Origin: an uncultured Clostridium sp.
GTDB lineage: Bacteria; Bacillota; Clostridia; TANB77; CAG-508
Assembly: GCA_947367845.1 (NCBI GenBank)
Contig: CANBES010000001.1
Coordinates: forward strand, 36,437-100,436
Direction of reading: 5' to 3'
Length of the DNA stretch: 64,000 nucleotides
Positions 10,584 through 19,791 of the stretch are shown one piece after another; position 1 is the first letter of the stretch, and every line of letters starts with the position of its first letter. The translations under genes and the position numbers were made by a program. The notes under the pieces were generated by a model. It had not been told where the DNA came from. It saw only the letters and a list, made by a program, of their open reading frames with translations, and made no database searches.

Positions 10584-11112
10584 CTACATCAAATACAAAA
10601 CCACATTTTGGACACTTGCATTGGAATTTATCGTCATTGAAATCGTTTAAATCTATTTCTGCATTATCATTCATAGTTTCTTCTGTTTCTTTAATAAGTT
10701 TGTTTATTTCTTTTTCTTCAAAACCTGTGATTGATAAATCAATATTGTTATTTTCTAATTCATTAAATATGCTTTCTAACTTTTGATAATCCCATTCTCC
10801 AGATATCTTATTAAGTGCTATGTTTAATAATTTTTCTTTATTCTTGTCAAAATCAACTATTATACAATCTATATCTTCATATTTTAGATCTTTTAAGACT
10901 TTAAGTCTCTGATGTCCACTTATTACTGTCATATCTGAATTAACTATAATTGGTGTAACATATCCAAATTCAATAATACTATTTTTTATCTTTTGGTATT
11001 CTTTGTCTTTTTCTGTTAGTTCTTTTCTGGGATTGTATGCTGCCATTTTTAAATCCCCTATTTTTAATTTTTTTAGATTCATTTTGTTTTCCTTCTTTCT
11101 TAAAACATTCAA
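10561..11112 (-). CDS. Stand-alone ParB-like domain protein with C-terminal zinc ribbon
   Basis: Paralogous to the N-terminus of the 8320-9513 protein (SGHQRLKVLKDL). Ends in CKCPKCG. Confidence 0.55.
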   Translation of the reverse strand: MNVLRKKENKMNLKKLKIGDLKMAAYNPRKELTEKDKEYQKIKNSIIEFGYVTPIIVNSDMTVISGHQRLKVLKDLKYEDIDCIIVDFDKNKEKLLNIALNKISGEWDYQKLESIFNELENNNIDLSITGFEEKEINKLIKETEETMNDNAEIDLNDFNDDKFQCKCPKCGFVFDVDGQQGVE

Positions 11113-11288
11113 CTTGCTTATATCAATTTTTACATTCTCTTCTCATACACATATCATATTTCATATCAAATACCTTCTTTTGCATAAAAAAAGAACCTGT
11201 AAAAACCGATTTACAAGTTCGTTTTATCTATATTATTTCAAAAAATAAAAGGGGATTTATTCTTTTAAACATATTTTTTGATGTTATT

Positions 11289-11317
11289 ATTATAAATTAT
11301 TGACAATGACATGTCAA
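11289..11317 (-). promoter_or_regulatory. Consensus sigma-A promoter (TTGACA-17-TATAAT) driving the ParB/MTase/terminase operon; -35 overlaps palindrome TGACATGTCA and GACAA direct repeats
   Basis: Minus-strand reading is TTGACAtgtcattgtcaataattTATAAT. It lies in the only sizeable noncoding gap (11113-11351). Confidence 0.4.
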
Positions 11318-11351
11318 GGACAAGTTTTGGACAAATTTTGTTATTCAAAAA

Positions 11352-11942
11352 TTACATTTTTCTTATCCCATCAATACCAAACATAAGCACTGCAATTTCT
11401 TCGATTGCTGAATTTGCATCTCTTCTAATTTGTCTCTCACTTATATGGTATTTTTCGGACATCATATTTATTTTTGGTTTATATTCTCCAACAACATACA
11501 AGTCGTTTAGAATGTGGGCTTTTCTCTTTTTTTCTTCATTTTTACTTTGGTCCGCTTCGTATAAATAAAATTTTATAATTCTTTTTATATGCGTTAATAT
11601 AATCTCTGTTCTTTTTTTCGATGCCAATATAGATTGAACTACGGTTACCTCATCATAAGATTGACAGAATAGTTTATCTAATACCTCTTCTACCGTTGCA
11701 GTTTCTAAATCCTTTTCAGTAAAAGTTGCTTGTTTACAAGCCTTTACAAAATTTCTATAATTTTTAAATAATAATCTTGTATTTTTTATCTTAATATCAT
11801 ATGTTATTTTTTCTTTCAATCTTTCTTCATTTTTTGCTTGTTCAATCCCCTTTTTTATTCCTTTTGCTACTCCTTCAGTAACAAGTTGTTCTATTAATTC
11901 TAATAATTTACTTTCTCTCTCAGAAATTTCTATTTTATCCAT
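11352..11942 (-). CDS. Putative late-gene transcriptional activator (sigma-70 region-4-like HTH; ArpU/RinA-like position)
   Basis: C-terminal ISERQIRRDANSAIEEIAVLMFG is a sigma region-4-type HTH. The gene sits directly upstream of the packaging operon. Confidence 0.4.
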   Translation of the reverse strand: MDKIEISERESKLLELIEQLVTEGVAKGIKKGIEQAKNEERLKEKITYDIKIKNTRLLFKNYRNFVKACKQATFTEKDLETATVEEVLDKLFCQSYDEVTVVQSILASKKRTEIILTHIKRIIKFYLYEADQSKNEEKKRKAHILNDLYVVGEYKPKINMMSEKYHISERQIRRDANSAIEEIAVLMFGIDGIRKM

Positions 11943-12135
11943 ACAAAAACCTTCTTTCTTCTTAGGTAGATTGTATGCTATGAACCTTAATAAATTATAA
12001 TTCTATGACCTTTGATATGTATTACAATATTTCCTATTTTATTTTTGATACATTTTCAATTCTCTTACTAATGTATCTATTGCTTCGATATATCCATAAC
12101 TATCTGTATTATCTTTTCTTACCTGGATATACTGC

Positions 12136-12501
12136 TTATTTTTCATCTTCTGTTTTAGTTCGTTTGCCTTTTTTATTGCTTCCTTTGTTTCCATCTTCTG
12201 TACTTGCCTCCTGTTCTTTTGGAATGTCCATATATAATTGTTTTTCAATAAAATTCTCCCAATATGGACTATCTGTAAATGTAACCTCAAAGAACATTTG
12301 ATTATTTTGATTTCCTAATACAGATTGATAACCATTTAATACTCTCCATTTTTTCTTTTGTGCATCCCATAAAGGTTTGCCTATTAATAATAATATTTGG
12401 ACCCATCCTAATTTTTGATTAGTTACTATTTGATTTTCTTCATTGTCAATTTTTTTAGGAATTCCACTTGTTTCTGTCACATTATCTTTTTTCTTTGGCA
12501 T
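12136..12501 (-). CDS. Hypothetical phage protein (overlapped by alternative-frame ORF 12039-12290)
   Basis: ORF only. Frame choice is uncertain. Confidence 0.25.
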   Translation of the reverse strand: MPKKKDNVTETSGIPKKIDNEENQIVTNQKLGWVQILLLIGKPLWDAQKKKWRVLNGYQSVLGNQNNQMFFEVTFTDSPYWENFIEKQLYMDIPKEQEASTEDGNKGSNKKGKRTKTEDEK

Positions 12502-12528
12502 TTTCTTTACCTCCGTTCATATTATTCT

Positions 12529-13324
12529 TTAAAATAAGCCCCATTCTGCAAATTTCTCAAATCCACCTTTTGTTTGGATGTATTTTCTTGCTTGTTCTAC
12601 TATTTCTTCATATGGTTTTCCATCTACAAATTCATCTCCAATAGCACAACTTAATTCTACTGGTTTTCCTATTTTCTGTGCTTTCATAAACACATATATA
12701 TTTATGCTTACATCAGCTTTTGACAAATCTTTTCCGTGTAGTCCGTCCTCCTGTAATGCTATCTCCCATATCACTTCCTAATTTTCTATTTGTAGCTCCA
12801 GTATCAACATTTGTTCCACCTATCCAATCTCCTAATGGATTTATTATTGCAGTTGGATAAATACTTTTTAATTCTTCTGTTTTTGCATTACTCTGACATA
12901 TAATTACTTTATTTTTTGGCATATCTAATATATATTTACCATCACTATTATACTTATTATAAATTTGATGTGCTAAATAACTTATTTGCTGTTGTTCTTC
13001 TGTTAATGGCATTCCTTTGAATATTCCATTATCCCCACATCTTACTTTTCCTTTTTGATTATTTGCTAAATATTCATCTTGTTTTGCTGCTATTATTTCT
13101 ATTGCAATATTATTTGTTCTAGTAATTCTATATACAATCTCAAATATATCTGTTTCATTATACTTAACAGAACTTTCTATTATTATTTTGCAATGTCCAT
13201 GTCCTATTAATACTTCAACTGCTATTTTAGGATTTTCTTGTAGTTTATATCCTAAATCTACTATTGCACCTGCTATTCTATCTGCTATTTTATCTGGATG
13301 ATCCGGATTTACTTTTTCTATCAT
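12529..13324 (-). pseudogene. Minimal MetK-like S-adenosylmethionine synthetase (~275 aa), split by a +1 frameshift near 12740-12760
   Basis: MetK signature motifs occur in order: HPDKIADRI (GHPDK), GDNGIFKG (GDQGxMFG), DTGATNRKL (DTGLTGRKI), then in the second frame GLHGKDLSKAD (GAFSGKDPTKVD). Confidence 0.5.
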
Positions 13325-13325
13325 T

Positions 13326-13844
13326 TTACTTTCCTCCTAATATTAAATTTAATTTGTTATCAATATTTTTGAATACTACCATAAAACTATCTTGACTTGA
13401 AAAGAAATTTACACTCATTTGCACTATTGTGTTTTTTAGTCCTTCTATTTGTTCTGTATGTTGTTTTTGTAATGTTTTTATAGCAAATTCGTGTTGTTGT
13501 TTTAGTTCCTTATTTTCTCTTCTTAATTTGCAGAATTCATCAAATCTTACTTCTTCTAGCTTAGAAATGTTTACTTCTTCAAGTAAACCTACTGCATCTA
13601 AATCATAAATGAACCTGCCTTTTTTCTCTATATATCCTACCCATTCCTGATCTGCTGCATCTTGATACAATCTTGTTTTTATAAGTCTATCATCTTTGTT
13701 AATTTCAATAGTTTCAAAATATGTCCATCCTTTATTTGTATCTTTCATCACTCTCTTTGAGTAATTTCCTTGTTTGTCTTTTTCATATCCAAATTGTTCT
13801 AACTCCTTTAAATCTCTTTCAAATTTAATTCTATACATTTTCAT
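13326..13844 (-). CDS. Hypothetical phage protein
   Basis: ORF in a tight operon. Confidence 0.35.
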   Translation of the reverse strand: MKMYRIKFERDLKELEQFGYEKDKQGNYSKRVMKDTNKGWTYFETIEINKDDRLIKTRLYQDAADQEWVGYIEKKGRFIYDLDAVGLLEEVNISKLEEVRFDEFCKLRRENKELKQQHEFAIKTLQKQHTEQIEGLKNTIVQMSVNFFSSQDSFMVVFKNIDNKLNLILGGK

Positions 13845-14118
13845 TTACCTCCATTTTTAATATTTTTAATAACTGCATCCAACATTCTTTATCACACTCA
13901 TCACCATAACTAATTGGATGTTCTATATCTCTAATTATTACTTGCTTGTCCTTATTAGTTATGAGATGTAAGTTATTTTTTATGAACTCACAGGTCCATT
14001 GAACCATGTATGTTCTTCTTCCTAGTGCATATCTTTCTGCTCCTACTATCATTGCACTTATATCTTCTATTTTCCCATTTAAATTCACTTGCATATTCTT
14101 TTCCTTTCTACTGTTCAT
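13831..14118 (-). CDS. Hypothetical phage protein
   Basis: ORF. Confidence 0.35.
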   Translation of the reverse strand: MNSRKEKNMQVNLNGKIEDISAMIVGAERYALGRRTYMVQWTCEFIKNNLHLITNKDKQVIIRDIEHPISYGDECDKECWMQLLKILKMEVNENV

Positions 14119-14705
14119 TACTGTTCAAAGCTGTTCAATTTTCTAATTGCCTCTTCCAATTTTTCATTATCAAATCCAGTATTAAAGTTAGTATGTATAA
14201 TATGTATTTCTTCAAATTGTTCAATAATGTCCTTTATTTCATCATCTAAAATTAAATAATTATCTGCTTTACCATATTTTTCATCTTCAAGAAAATCCTT
14301 TATTTCTAGTCCTCTTTTTCCACTACTTAAACTTATTGTTGTTGCAAATATTCGCATTCCATATTCTGCAAGTCTTGAATTTACTATTCCAATATCCAAT
14401 TGATTTAATCGCCATGTCGAACTTAATATTATCTTGACATTATAATTTTGTTTTTGTAATTCCTGGTTTAATTTCATCAAATTATTTAAACATTTTGGAT
14501 CAAAAGGAAAACAGTTCATACTCATAATTCCTTCTACTTGATGTCTTTCAAAGCACTCATTCCAGTATTCCATATTGTTTAGTACACCATCTATATCTAA
14601 AAATATATAAAATAATTTTTGTTTTTTTATTTCATCATAATAACATCCAGGACATCCCATTTTTTCTACTCGGCAGTGTTGCCATTCTTTATCAGTACAT
14701 TTCAT
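14118..14705 (-). CDS. HAD-superfamily phosphatase (nucleotidase / polynucleotide phosphatase-like)
   Basis: HAD motif I FLDIDGVL, and STW later in the sequence. Confidence 0.5.
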   Translation of the reverse strand: MKCTDKEWQHCRVEKMGCPGCYYDEIKKQKLFYIFLDIDGVLNNMEYWNECFERHQVEGIMSMNCFPFDPKCLNNLMKLNQELQKQNYNVKIILSSTWRLNQLDIGIVNSRLAEYGMRIFATTISLSSGKRGLEIKDFLEDEKYGKADNYLILDDEIKDIIEQFEEIHIIHTNFNTGFDNEKLEEAIRKLNSFEQ

Positions 14706-14896
14706 TCTTTTGTACCTCCTTCACATCTAAATTTATAATCAGAACATTCATAATTTTCTTGTTTATATGTTATATGTTTATCACACCATATAATGCTAGG
14801 ATTGTTTGTTTTATACCCCTGATTATATTTGCAATTATTACATTTACCATCATCTTTTATTTCTTTTCCTGTAAAAAAATCAATTATCATTTTCAT
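14702..14896 (-). CDS. Small Cys-rich zinc-ribbon protein
   Basis: CNNCKY...WCDKH...C..C pattern. Confidence 0.3.
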   Translation of the reverse strand: MKMIIDFFTGKEIKDDGKCNNCKYNQGYKTNNPSIIWCDKHITYKQENYECSDYKFRCEGGTKE

Positions 14897-15224
14897 TTTC
14901 TACCTTCATTTCAAAATATTTTTTTACTTTTAATTTCTTTAATTCCAAATCTCTATTTAACATTGCAGCAATAGCTGCTGTTTGTGGGTTGTCTGCATCA
15001 TTAGGAACTTTCACTAACATTTCTGCCATTAAATCAATTATTCTATCTTTCTTTAAAAGCTCTTTTGCTAACTCTAGTTTTTCTTGATTTCTTTTATCTA
15101 TTACTTTATTACTAAGTTTTATTTCTTCTTGTTGTGATTGTATTATTTTTAAACTATCATTTAATAAATCTAATAGTTCTTCCTTGCTTTTATTTTTTAA
15201 GTTGATTGTTGTTTCAAATATCAT
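14880..15224 (-). CDS. Hypothetical coiled-coil phage protein
   Basis: ORF. Confidence 0.3.
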   Translation of the reverse strand: MIFETTINLKNKSKEELLDLLNDSLKIIQSQQEEIKLSNKVIDKRNQEKLELAKELLKKDRIIDLMAEMLVKVPNDADNPQTAAIAAMLNRDLELKKLKVKKYFEMKVENENDN

Positions 15225-15227
15225 AAA

Positions 15228-15467
15228 TTATTCCTCCTTTGTAACTTGATATGCATTCATATTAGCAATATTTATTCCTTCCATTTTTGTTTCAAGAATA
15301 TAGTTATATTTTTTTAATAATCTTCTATTTTTAACTTTCTTTTTAAAATCTTCTACATCTTTTTCATTATCAAATGTTGTTACAAATGTTGTTCCTCCCA
15401 TAAAATATATAACTAACTTATACATACTATTTTCCCTCCTTTTCTGCTTCCATATTAATTGTTTCAA
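15228..15467 (-). CDS. Hypothetical phage protein
   Basis: ORF. Confidence 0.3.
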   Translation of the reverse strand: MKQLIWKQKRRENSMYKLVIYFMGGTTFVTTFDNEKDVEDFKKKVKNRRLLKKYNYILETKMEGINIANMNAYQVTKEE

Positions 15468-15822
15468 TAATTTTTTGTACTGCTAATGGTGTGTATTGTA
15501 TTTCACTTTCTCTAAATGCATTAGTAACTATTTCTGCATCATTTCTTTGCATTCCACAGCCCATTAGTAACTTTTTAAATCTTTTTCTTGTAATTCGCTC
15601 TAGTCCATATATTTTTAGAAAATGTCTTACTTTTTCTTTTGGAAATTTAAGTGTTATAGACATTTCGCCTTCAGTCATTTCTTTTGTGGCATATTGCATT
15701 GCATCAATGGCATCATCATTATTTTCTTCTTTAAATTCATAATTTGCTAGTTCTTTTATAGTCTCGTCTCGACCCTTATATAATACTTTTCCAATATTTA
15801 ATTCTTGGCTTTCTGTTGGCAT
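15427..15822 (-). CDS. Hypothetical phage protein (start MPTESQ after AAGGAGG RBS)
   Basis: A strong RBS lies 5 nt upstream of the internal Met. The longer ORF extends to 15924. Confidence 0.35.
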   Translation of the reverse strand: MPTESQELNIGKVLYKGRDETIKELANYEFKEENNDDAIDAMQYATKEMTEGEMSITLKFPKEKVRHFLKIYGLERITRKRFKKLLMGCGMQRNDAEIVTNAFRESEIQYTPLAVQKIIETINMEAEKEGK

Positions 15823-15823
15823 A

Positions 15824-16021
15824 TTATTCCTCCTTTCCAAATATTTCTTTATTTGCTTTTTTGCATTTTCTTCCTTCGATTTCAAATAATACTTTCGCAA
15901 AGTCAACTTCTCCATTTTCATCAAAATACTCTTTTATTATCATAAATAGTGGAAGTTGTCCTTTACCTCTAAAACTAAATATAATACCTGTCTTTTCTCC
16001 TTTTATCTCTAATGATGGCAT
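15824..16021 (-). CDS. Hypothetical small phage protein
   Basis: ORF. Its stop is 1 nt from the next start. Confidence 0.3.
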   Translation of the reverse strand: MPSLEIKGEKTGIIFSFRGKGQLPLFMIIKEYFDENGEVDFAKVLFEIEGRKCKKANKEIFGKEE

Positions 16022-16122
16022 TATTCTTCATCCTCCTTTGCTACTTGAAGTAGACACATTAACCCTATTCCTAAAAATGTACCTAATAACAACCCTAATA
16101 TAAACTTAATCATTAGTAACAC

Positions 16123-16392
16123 CTACTTTCCATATATGCTATACATATATACAGTTTCTCTTAACGAATCTAATTCAATATACTGGTCCCTTATTGTTAT
16201 TTTCTGTTCTTCCACTTGTTGTTCTAAAGTATTAATATACTCTTGTTTTTCATTGTTTTGTTTTGCTAATTCTTTATTTATTGCAATACATCCGCTTGCA
16301 AATCCTAGTATAAAAGACAATAATACTACCAATGCACCTTTTATACTTTCATTTCTAGCATACATTTCCTTATCATAATACTTTGTTTTCAT
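16123..16392 (-). CDS. Small membrane/coiled-coil protein
   Basis: One TM segment followed by a coiled coil. Confidence 0.3.
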   Translation of the reverse strand: MKTKYYDKEMYARNESIKGALVVLLSFILGFASGCIAINKELAKQNNEKQEYINTLEQQVEEQKITIRDQYIELDSLRETVYMYSIYGK

Positions 16393-16400
16393 TTGTTTCC

Positions 16401-16640
16401 CTACCTTTCTATAAATTTTTTTCCATTACACCACATATAGTTTTCAGTTGGACAAAATTCATCATAAACATCTGCAAAATTCTCATGCTCATCGCAATAC
16501 ATGTCTCCATGTTCTACATACATACAATGTTCGCATAATTCGCAAGTTATATTTTGTTTATTTTTATGTCTTTTTCTTTGAACTGGTTTTGCCATTGTCC
16601 CTCCTTCCCATCTGCAGCATAATATATTTTTGTAAATCAA
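16401..16640 (-). CDS. Cys-rich small protein
   Basis: Multiple CxxC and H pairs. Confidence 0.3.
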   Translation of the reverse strand: MIYKNILCCRWEGGTMAKPVQRKRHKNKQNITCELCEHCMYVEHGDMYCDEHENFADVYDEFCPTENYMWCNGKKFIER

Positions 16641-16767
16641 TATTTTTCTTTGTTCTGCAGATATTTAGATCCTGGATTTCGTTTTCTAACTCTGTTATTC
16701 TGTTTTTTAGTTTTCTGTTTTCATATACTTCATCATAATAAAGTTGTTCATAATCTTTGTTTTCCAT
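16564..16767 (-). CDS. Hypothetical coiled-coil small protein
   Basis: ORF. Confidence 0.25.
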   Translation of the reverse strand: MENKDYEQLYYDEVYENRKLKNRITELENEIQDLNICRTKKNIDLQKYIMLQMGRRDNGKTSSKKKT

Positions 16768-16768
16768 A

Positions 16769-17560
16769 TCATAGATCCTTTTTTCTTTTATTTACTTTAT
16801 CTAATAATTTTGCTACTACAACACCCGTTTTTGTTAACTCTGTATCTTCTTTAAATAAATTATTTCTATTCATTATTAGTTCTTCAGCATCAGAAACCAC
16901 AATCAAATTATTCAAATCAAAATTTCTATTGTTTCCATCTGCAAATATTACTTTATGTCCCTTTGGAACTTTTCCATATTTTTGTTCATATAAGTAACGA
17001 TGTTTCCTAATCCAATTCGCATTTCTATGTCCATCTTGTATTTTAATTAATATATATCCATTTTTATCTACTCTTTCACTACCAATTGCTCTTGCATTCG
17101 CTGGGATATTTCCTTTTTTGAACATTGTTGCTTCACATCTTTTATATTGGTAGGAGGACATTTTTTTGCCCTTATTCCACGAAGTTTGTCCTTTTTCAAA
17201 TCGCCCTCCAACTATTCCACTTTGTAAATTATGTTTATTTTTTATATTAGCAATAGCACTTTCACTTACATTCATATTAAATCTTTTATTAAATCTATCA
17301 GTTAACTCTTTTAAAGTAATGCCTTTTACATTATTTTTTACAAATTCTATATGTTCATCTTTATATTTTCTATGTTGTTCCTTTCTTCTTCCAACTTTCA
17401 ATTTATGCCCACTGAGATATGATTTCATCGCTTTATATGTAATATTTGTATTGAATCTATTATTAAATTCTATTTGTAAATCTAATATTGTCTTTCCTTT
17501 ACAATTATCCGCAATATACTTTCTCATTTCTTCAGTGTAAAATTTACTCATTCTTTCCAT
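16769..17560 (-). CDS. HNH homing-endonuclease-like protein with N-terminal DNA-binding repeats
   Basis: HNH core: GHRNANWIRKHRYLYE...ADGNNRNFDLNNL. Confidence 0.6.
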   Translation of the reverse strand: MERMSKFYTEEMRKYIADNCKGKTILDLQIEFNNRFNTNITYKAMKSYLSGHKLKVGRRKEQHRKYKDEHIEFVKNNVKGITLKELTDRFNKRFNMNVSESAIANIKNKHNLQSGIVGGRFEKGQTSWNKGKKMSSYQYKRCEATMFKKGNIPANARAIGSERVDKNGYILIKIQDGHRNANWIRKHRYLYEQKYGKVPKGHKVIFADGNNRNFDLNNLIVVSDAEELIMNRNNLFKEDTELTKTGVVVAKLLDKVNKRKKDL

Positions 17561-17795
17561 CTCCTATTTGTAATATATCTGGTATTTGATTTGTTTTCCC
17601 ATATTCATCAAAATGTTTTTGTGCTTTTAATGCTAATTCTCCATTATTTATAATTGTTTGCGCTATATTGGCCATACTTTTAGCCCTTTCTCTTTCTTCT
17701 TGCAATGCTTCTCCTTTTAGACTTTCATCGTTTAATCTTTCTAGTTCTTCAAATAAGTGATTATTAAGATCTACCAATTTATTTTTTGTTCCCAT
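17544..17795 (-). CDS. Hypothetical phage protein
   Basis: ORF. Confidence 0.3.
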   Translation of the reverse strand: MGTKNKLVDLNNHLFEELERLNDESLKGEALQEERERAKSMANIAQTIINNGELALKAQKHFDEYGKTNQIPDILQIGDGKNE

Positions 17796-18053
17796 TTTTT
17801 ACTTTTTCCTCCTTATTTTTAAATTCAATTCTGTCTATATCTGTATCCTCTGCAAAATCTACATCTCTCATTAAAACTTTTTCTAGTTTTTTTTAATCTA
17901 TTTTTGCTACTAAATCTATATATTCTTCGGGATCCTTTGATGGTTCTTCCCATACTTCTGCACACCCTCGTATTTCTTTTTTTAATGACTCATAATCAGA
18001 TTTTGCTTTTTCTAGTTCTTTATATTCTTCCATTGTCATTTTTACTTCCATAA

Positions 18054-18407
18054 CTATATCTCCTTTATTTTTAGATTATATTTATCTTCAAATACTTTCT
18101 TTTTTGTTATGTATTCTTTTGTTTTAAAACCTTTTACATCAATAACTTCTGATGTTCCATCATTATTGAATATTATAAAATCCGCTTTATATTTTAGTCC
18201 TGGTGCTAGTATAAATACAGGCTGCAAACAAAAACCTTTGATGTCTCCGCCCTGCAGCCTTAGTTTTAAATCGCAATAATAATCCGCTTCTTTTTTGCTA
18301 TCAAATGTTTGTCCATCTACAGATGTTTTTACTGCACTATATTTACTTTTTTTGTTTCCTTTTTTCTGATATTCTCTATATTGTTCGACACTCCAATGTT
18401 CTTGCAT
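18054..18407 (-). CDS. DUF1064-family phage protein
   Basis: KYSAVKTSVDGQTFDSKKEADYY...LQPVF pattern typical of DUF1064. Confidence 0.45.
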   Translation of the reverse strand: MQEHWSVEQYREYQKKGNKKSKYSAVKTSVDGQTFDSKKEADYYCDLKLRLQGGDIKGFCLQPVFILAPGLKYKADFIIFNNDGTSEVIDVKGFKTKEYITKKKVFEDKYNLKIKEI

Positions 18408-18409
18408 AA

Positions 18410-18649
18410 CTATTCTCCTAAAAGTTCTTTATAAATATCTTTGAACTGATCTTTGGTATATTTTTGTCCACCTGCTAATATTAATGCTATATCTTCTTGT
18501 TCGCATATTCCTTTACCAGTTCCAATGTAGAATTTTATTTCTTCTGTAACTACATCTTGTGTTTTTATTATTCCAAGTTTGTTTTCTCCGAAATTTCCTA
18601 TCCATAATATTTTTAAAACTTTCATAATTTCACTCCTTTGGCATCTCAT
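18410..18649 (-). CDS. Hypothetical phage protein
   Basis: ORF. Confidence 0.3.
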   Translation of the reverse strand: MRCQRSEIMKVLKILWIGNFGENKLGIIKTQDVVTEEIKFYIGTGKGICEQEDIALILAGGQKYTKDQFKDIYKELLGE

Positions 18650-18920
18650 ATCTTGCCATAGTTTTTGCTTTTAATATTAAGTCTATTTCATCATGTGTTC
18701 CATTTAACGCTGCTGCTGAAAATGTATTTATTATTTCTTTTAATACTTCTTTTGCTCTTTCTTCTGTATCATACCTTGCTAATGTATATTGACTATCACT
18801 TGTTGTATTTGCAAGTATTTTAAATCTTCCATCATCATCTTCTAATGGATTTCCTATTCCTAATATTTCTACATTTTCAAAATTAATTGCAGTATCTCTA
18901 TCTTGACTTATAATTAACAC
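18630..18920 (-). CDS. Hypothetical phage protein
   Basis: ORF. Confidence 0.3.
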   Translation of the reverse strand: MLIISQDRDTAINFENVEILGIGNPLEDDDGRFKILANTTSDSQYTLARYDTEERAKEVLKEIINTFSAAALNGTHDEIDLILKAKTMARYEMPKE

Positions 18921-18923
18921 TTT

Positions 18924-19337
18924 TTATTCCTCCTTTTTGACCTTTGCACATTTTAGGTCCTTTAATATTCTAGGTGTATATTTTCTATTTTCTTGATTAC
19001 TTTTCAATGTTTCTATATTTTTTATAGTTGCATCGGTTTCTGCGCAAATACCTTTTGTTATAAACTTACTAGTGTATGGTTTTATGGTATTTATTAAATC
19101 AATTTTATCTTTAATTATTCTTCTTTCTTGTAATACTTTTTCTAGTTTCTTATATGTAGCCATTATTTCTATTGCATTTAATTTACTTAATTCAATTTCG
19201 TGTAGAAGGTCATCTCTTTCCCCTTCTTTGTTGTATAATTCTGTGTTTAATTTCTTTTCTGTTTCTTCAATGTCATAAAAGAAATATTTAATATTTTCTA
19301 GCAATTCTAATGACTGCTGCATATCTTCAATTATCAT
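18924..19337 (-). CDS. Hypothetical coiled-coil phage protein
   Basis: ORF. Confidence 0.3.
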   Translation of the reverse strand: MIIEDMQQSLELLENIKYFFYDIEETEKKLNTELYNKEGERDDLLHEIELSKLNAIEIMATYKKLEKVLQERRIIKDKIDLINTIKPYTSKFITKGICAETDATIKNIETLKSNQENRKYTPRILKDLKCAKVKKEE

Positions 19338-19581
19338 AATTTTTCCACCTTTCCTTTGTATAATTTTTCTAGGTTGTGTTTGTTTCTAAAAATCGCTAAT
19401 GTGAATATAATTTATTATTTTGTGTTATGTTTACTATTTAATAGTTTTAGTTTTACAAGCATATCTACGAGTTCCTGGATTGTTTTACATTTTCTTAATT
19501 CTATAAATATCGCATCTGAATATGCTTTACAACCTATTACGAATCCTATTATAAAAACTAATATATAAATCATAATTCCTC

Positions 19582-19791
19582 CTACATACTTATGTGCATT
19601 CCTGTTCTTGTTTTAAATAATTCACAATATTCAAATAAACCTTTCTGCTGTCCATTTAATAAGCAATGTGGAAATTCACTATTCAATGTAGGAACACACC
19701 ACTCACAATTTTCACAAGTCTTTAATCTTCTTGATATCAATTCATTTTCATTTACAGCCATGTTATCCTCCTTCATAGTTAGACATCTCAT
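19582..19791 (-). CDS. Small Cys-containing protein
   Basis: ORF. Confidence 0.25.
   Translation of the reverse strand: MRCLTMKEDNMAVNENELISRRLKTCENCEWCVPTLNSEFPHCLLNGQQKGLFEYCELFKTRTGMHISM

Noticed and set aside
12039-12290. 83-aa ORF overlapping 12136-12501 in another frame.
   Set aside because: The true frame cannot be decided from sequence. The longer ORF was reported with low confidence, and the shorter one is not reported as a separate gene.
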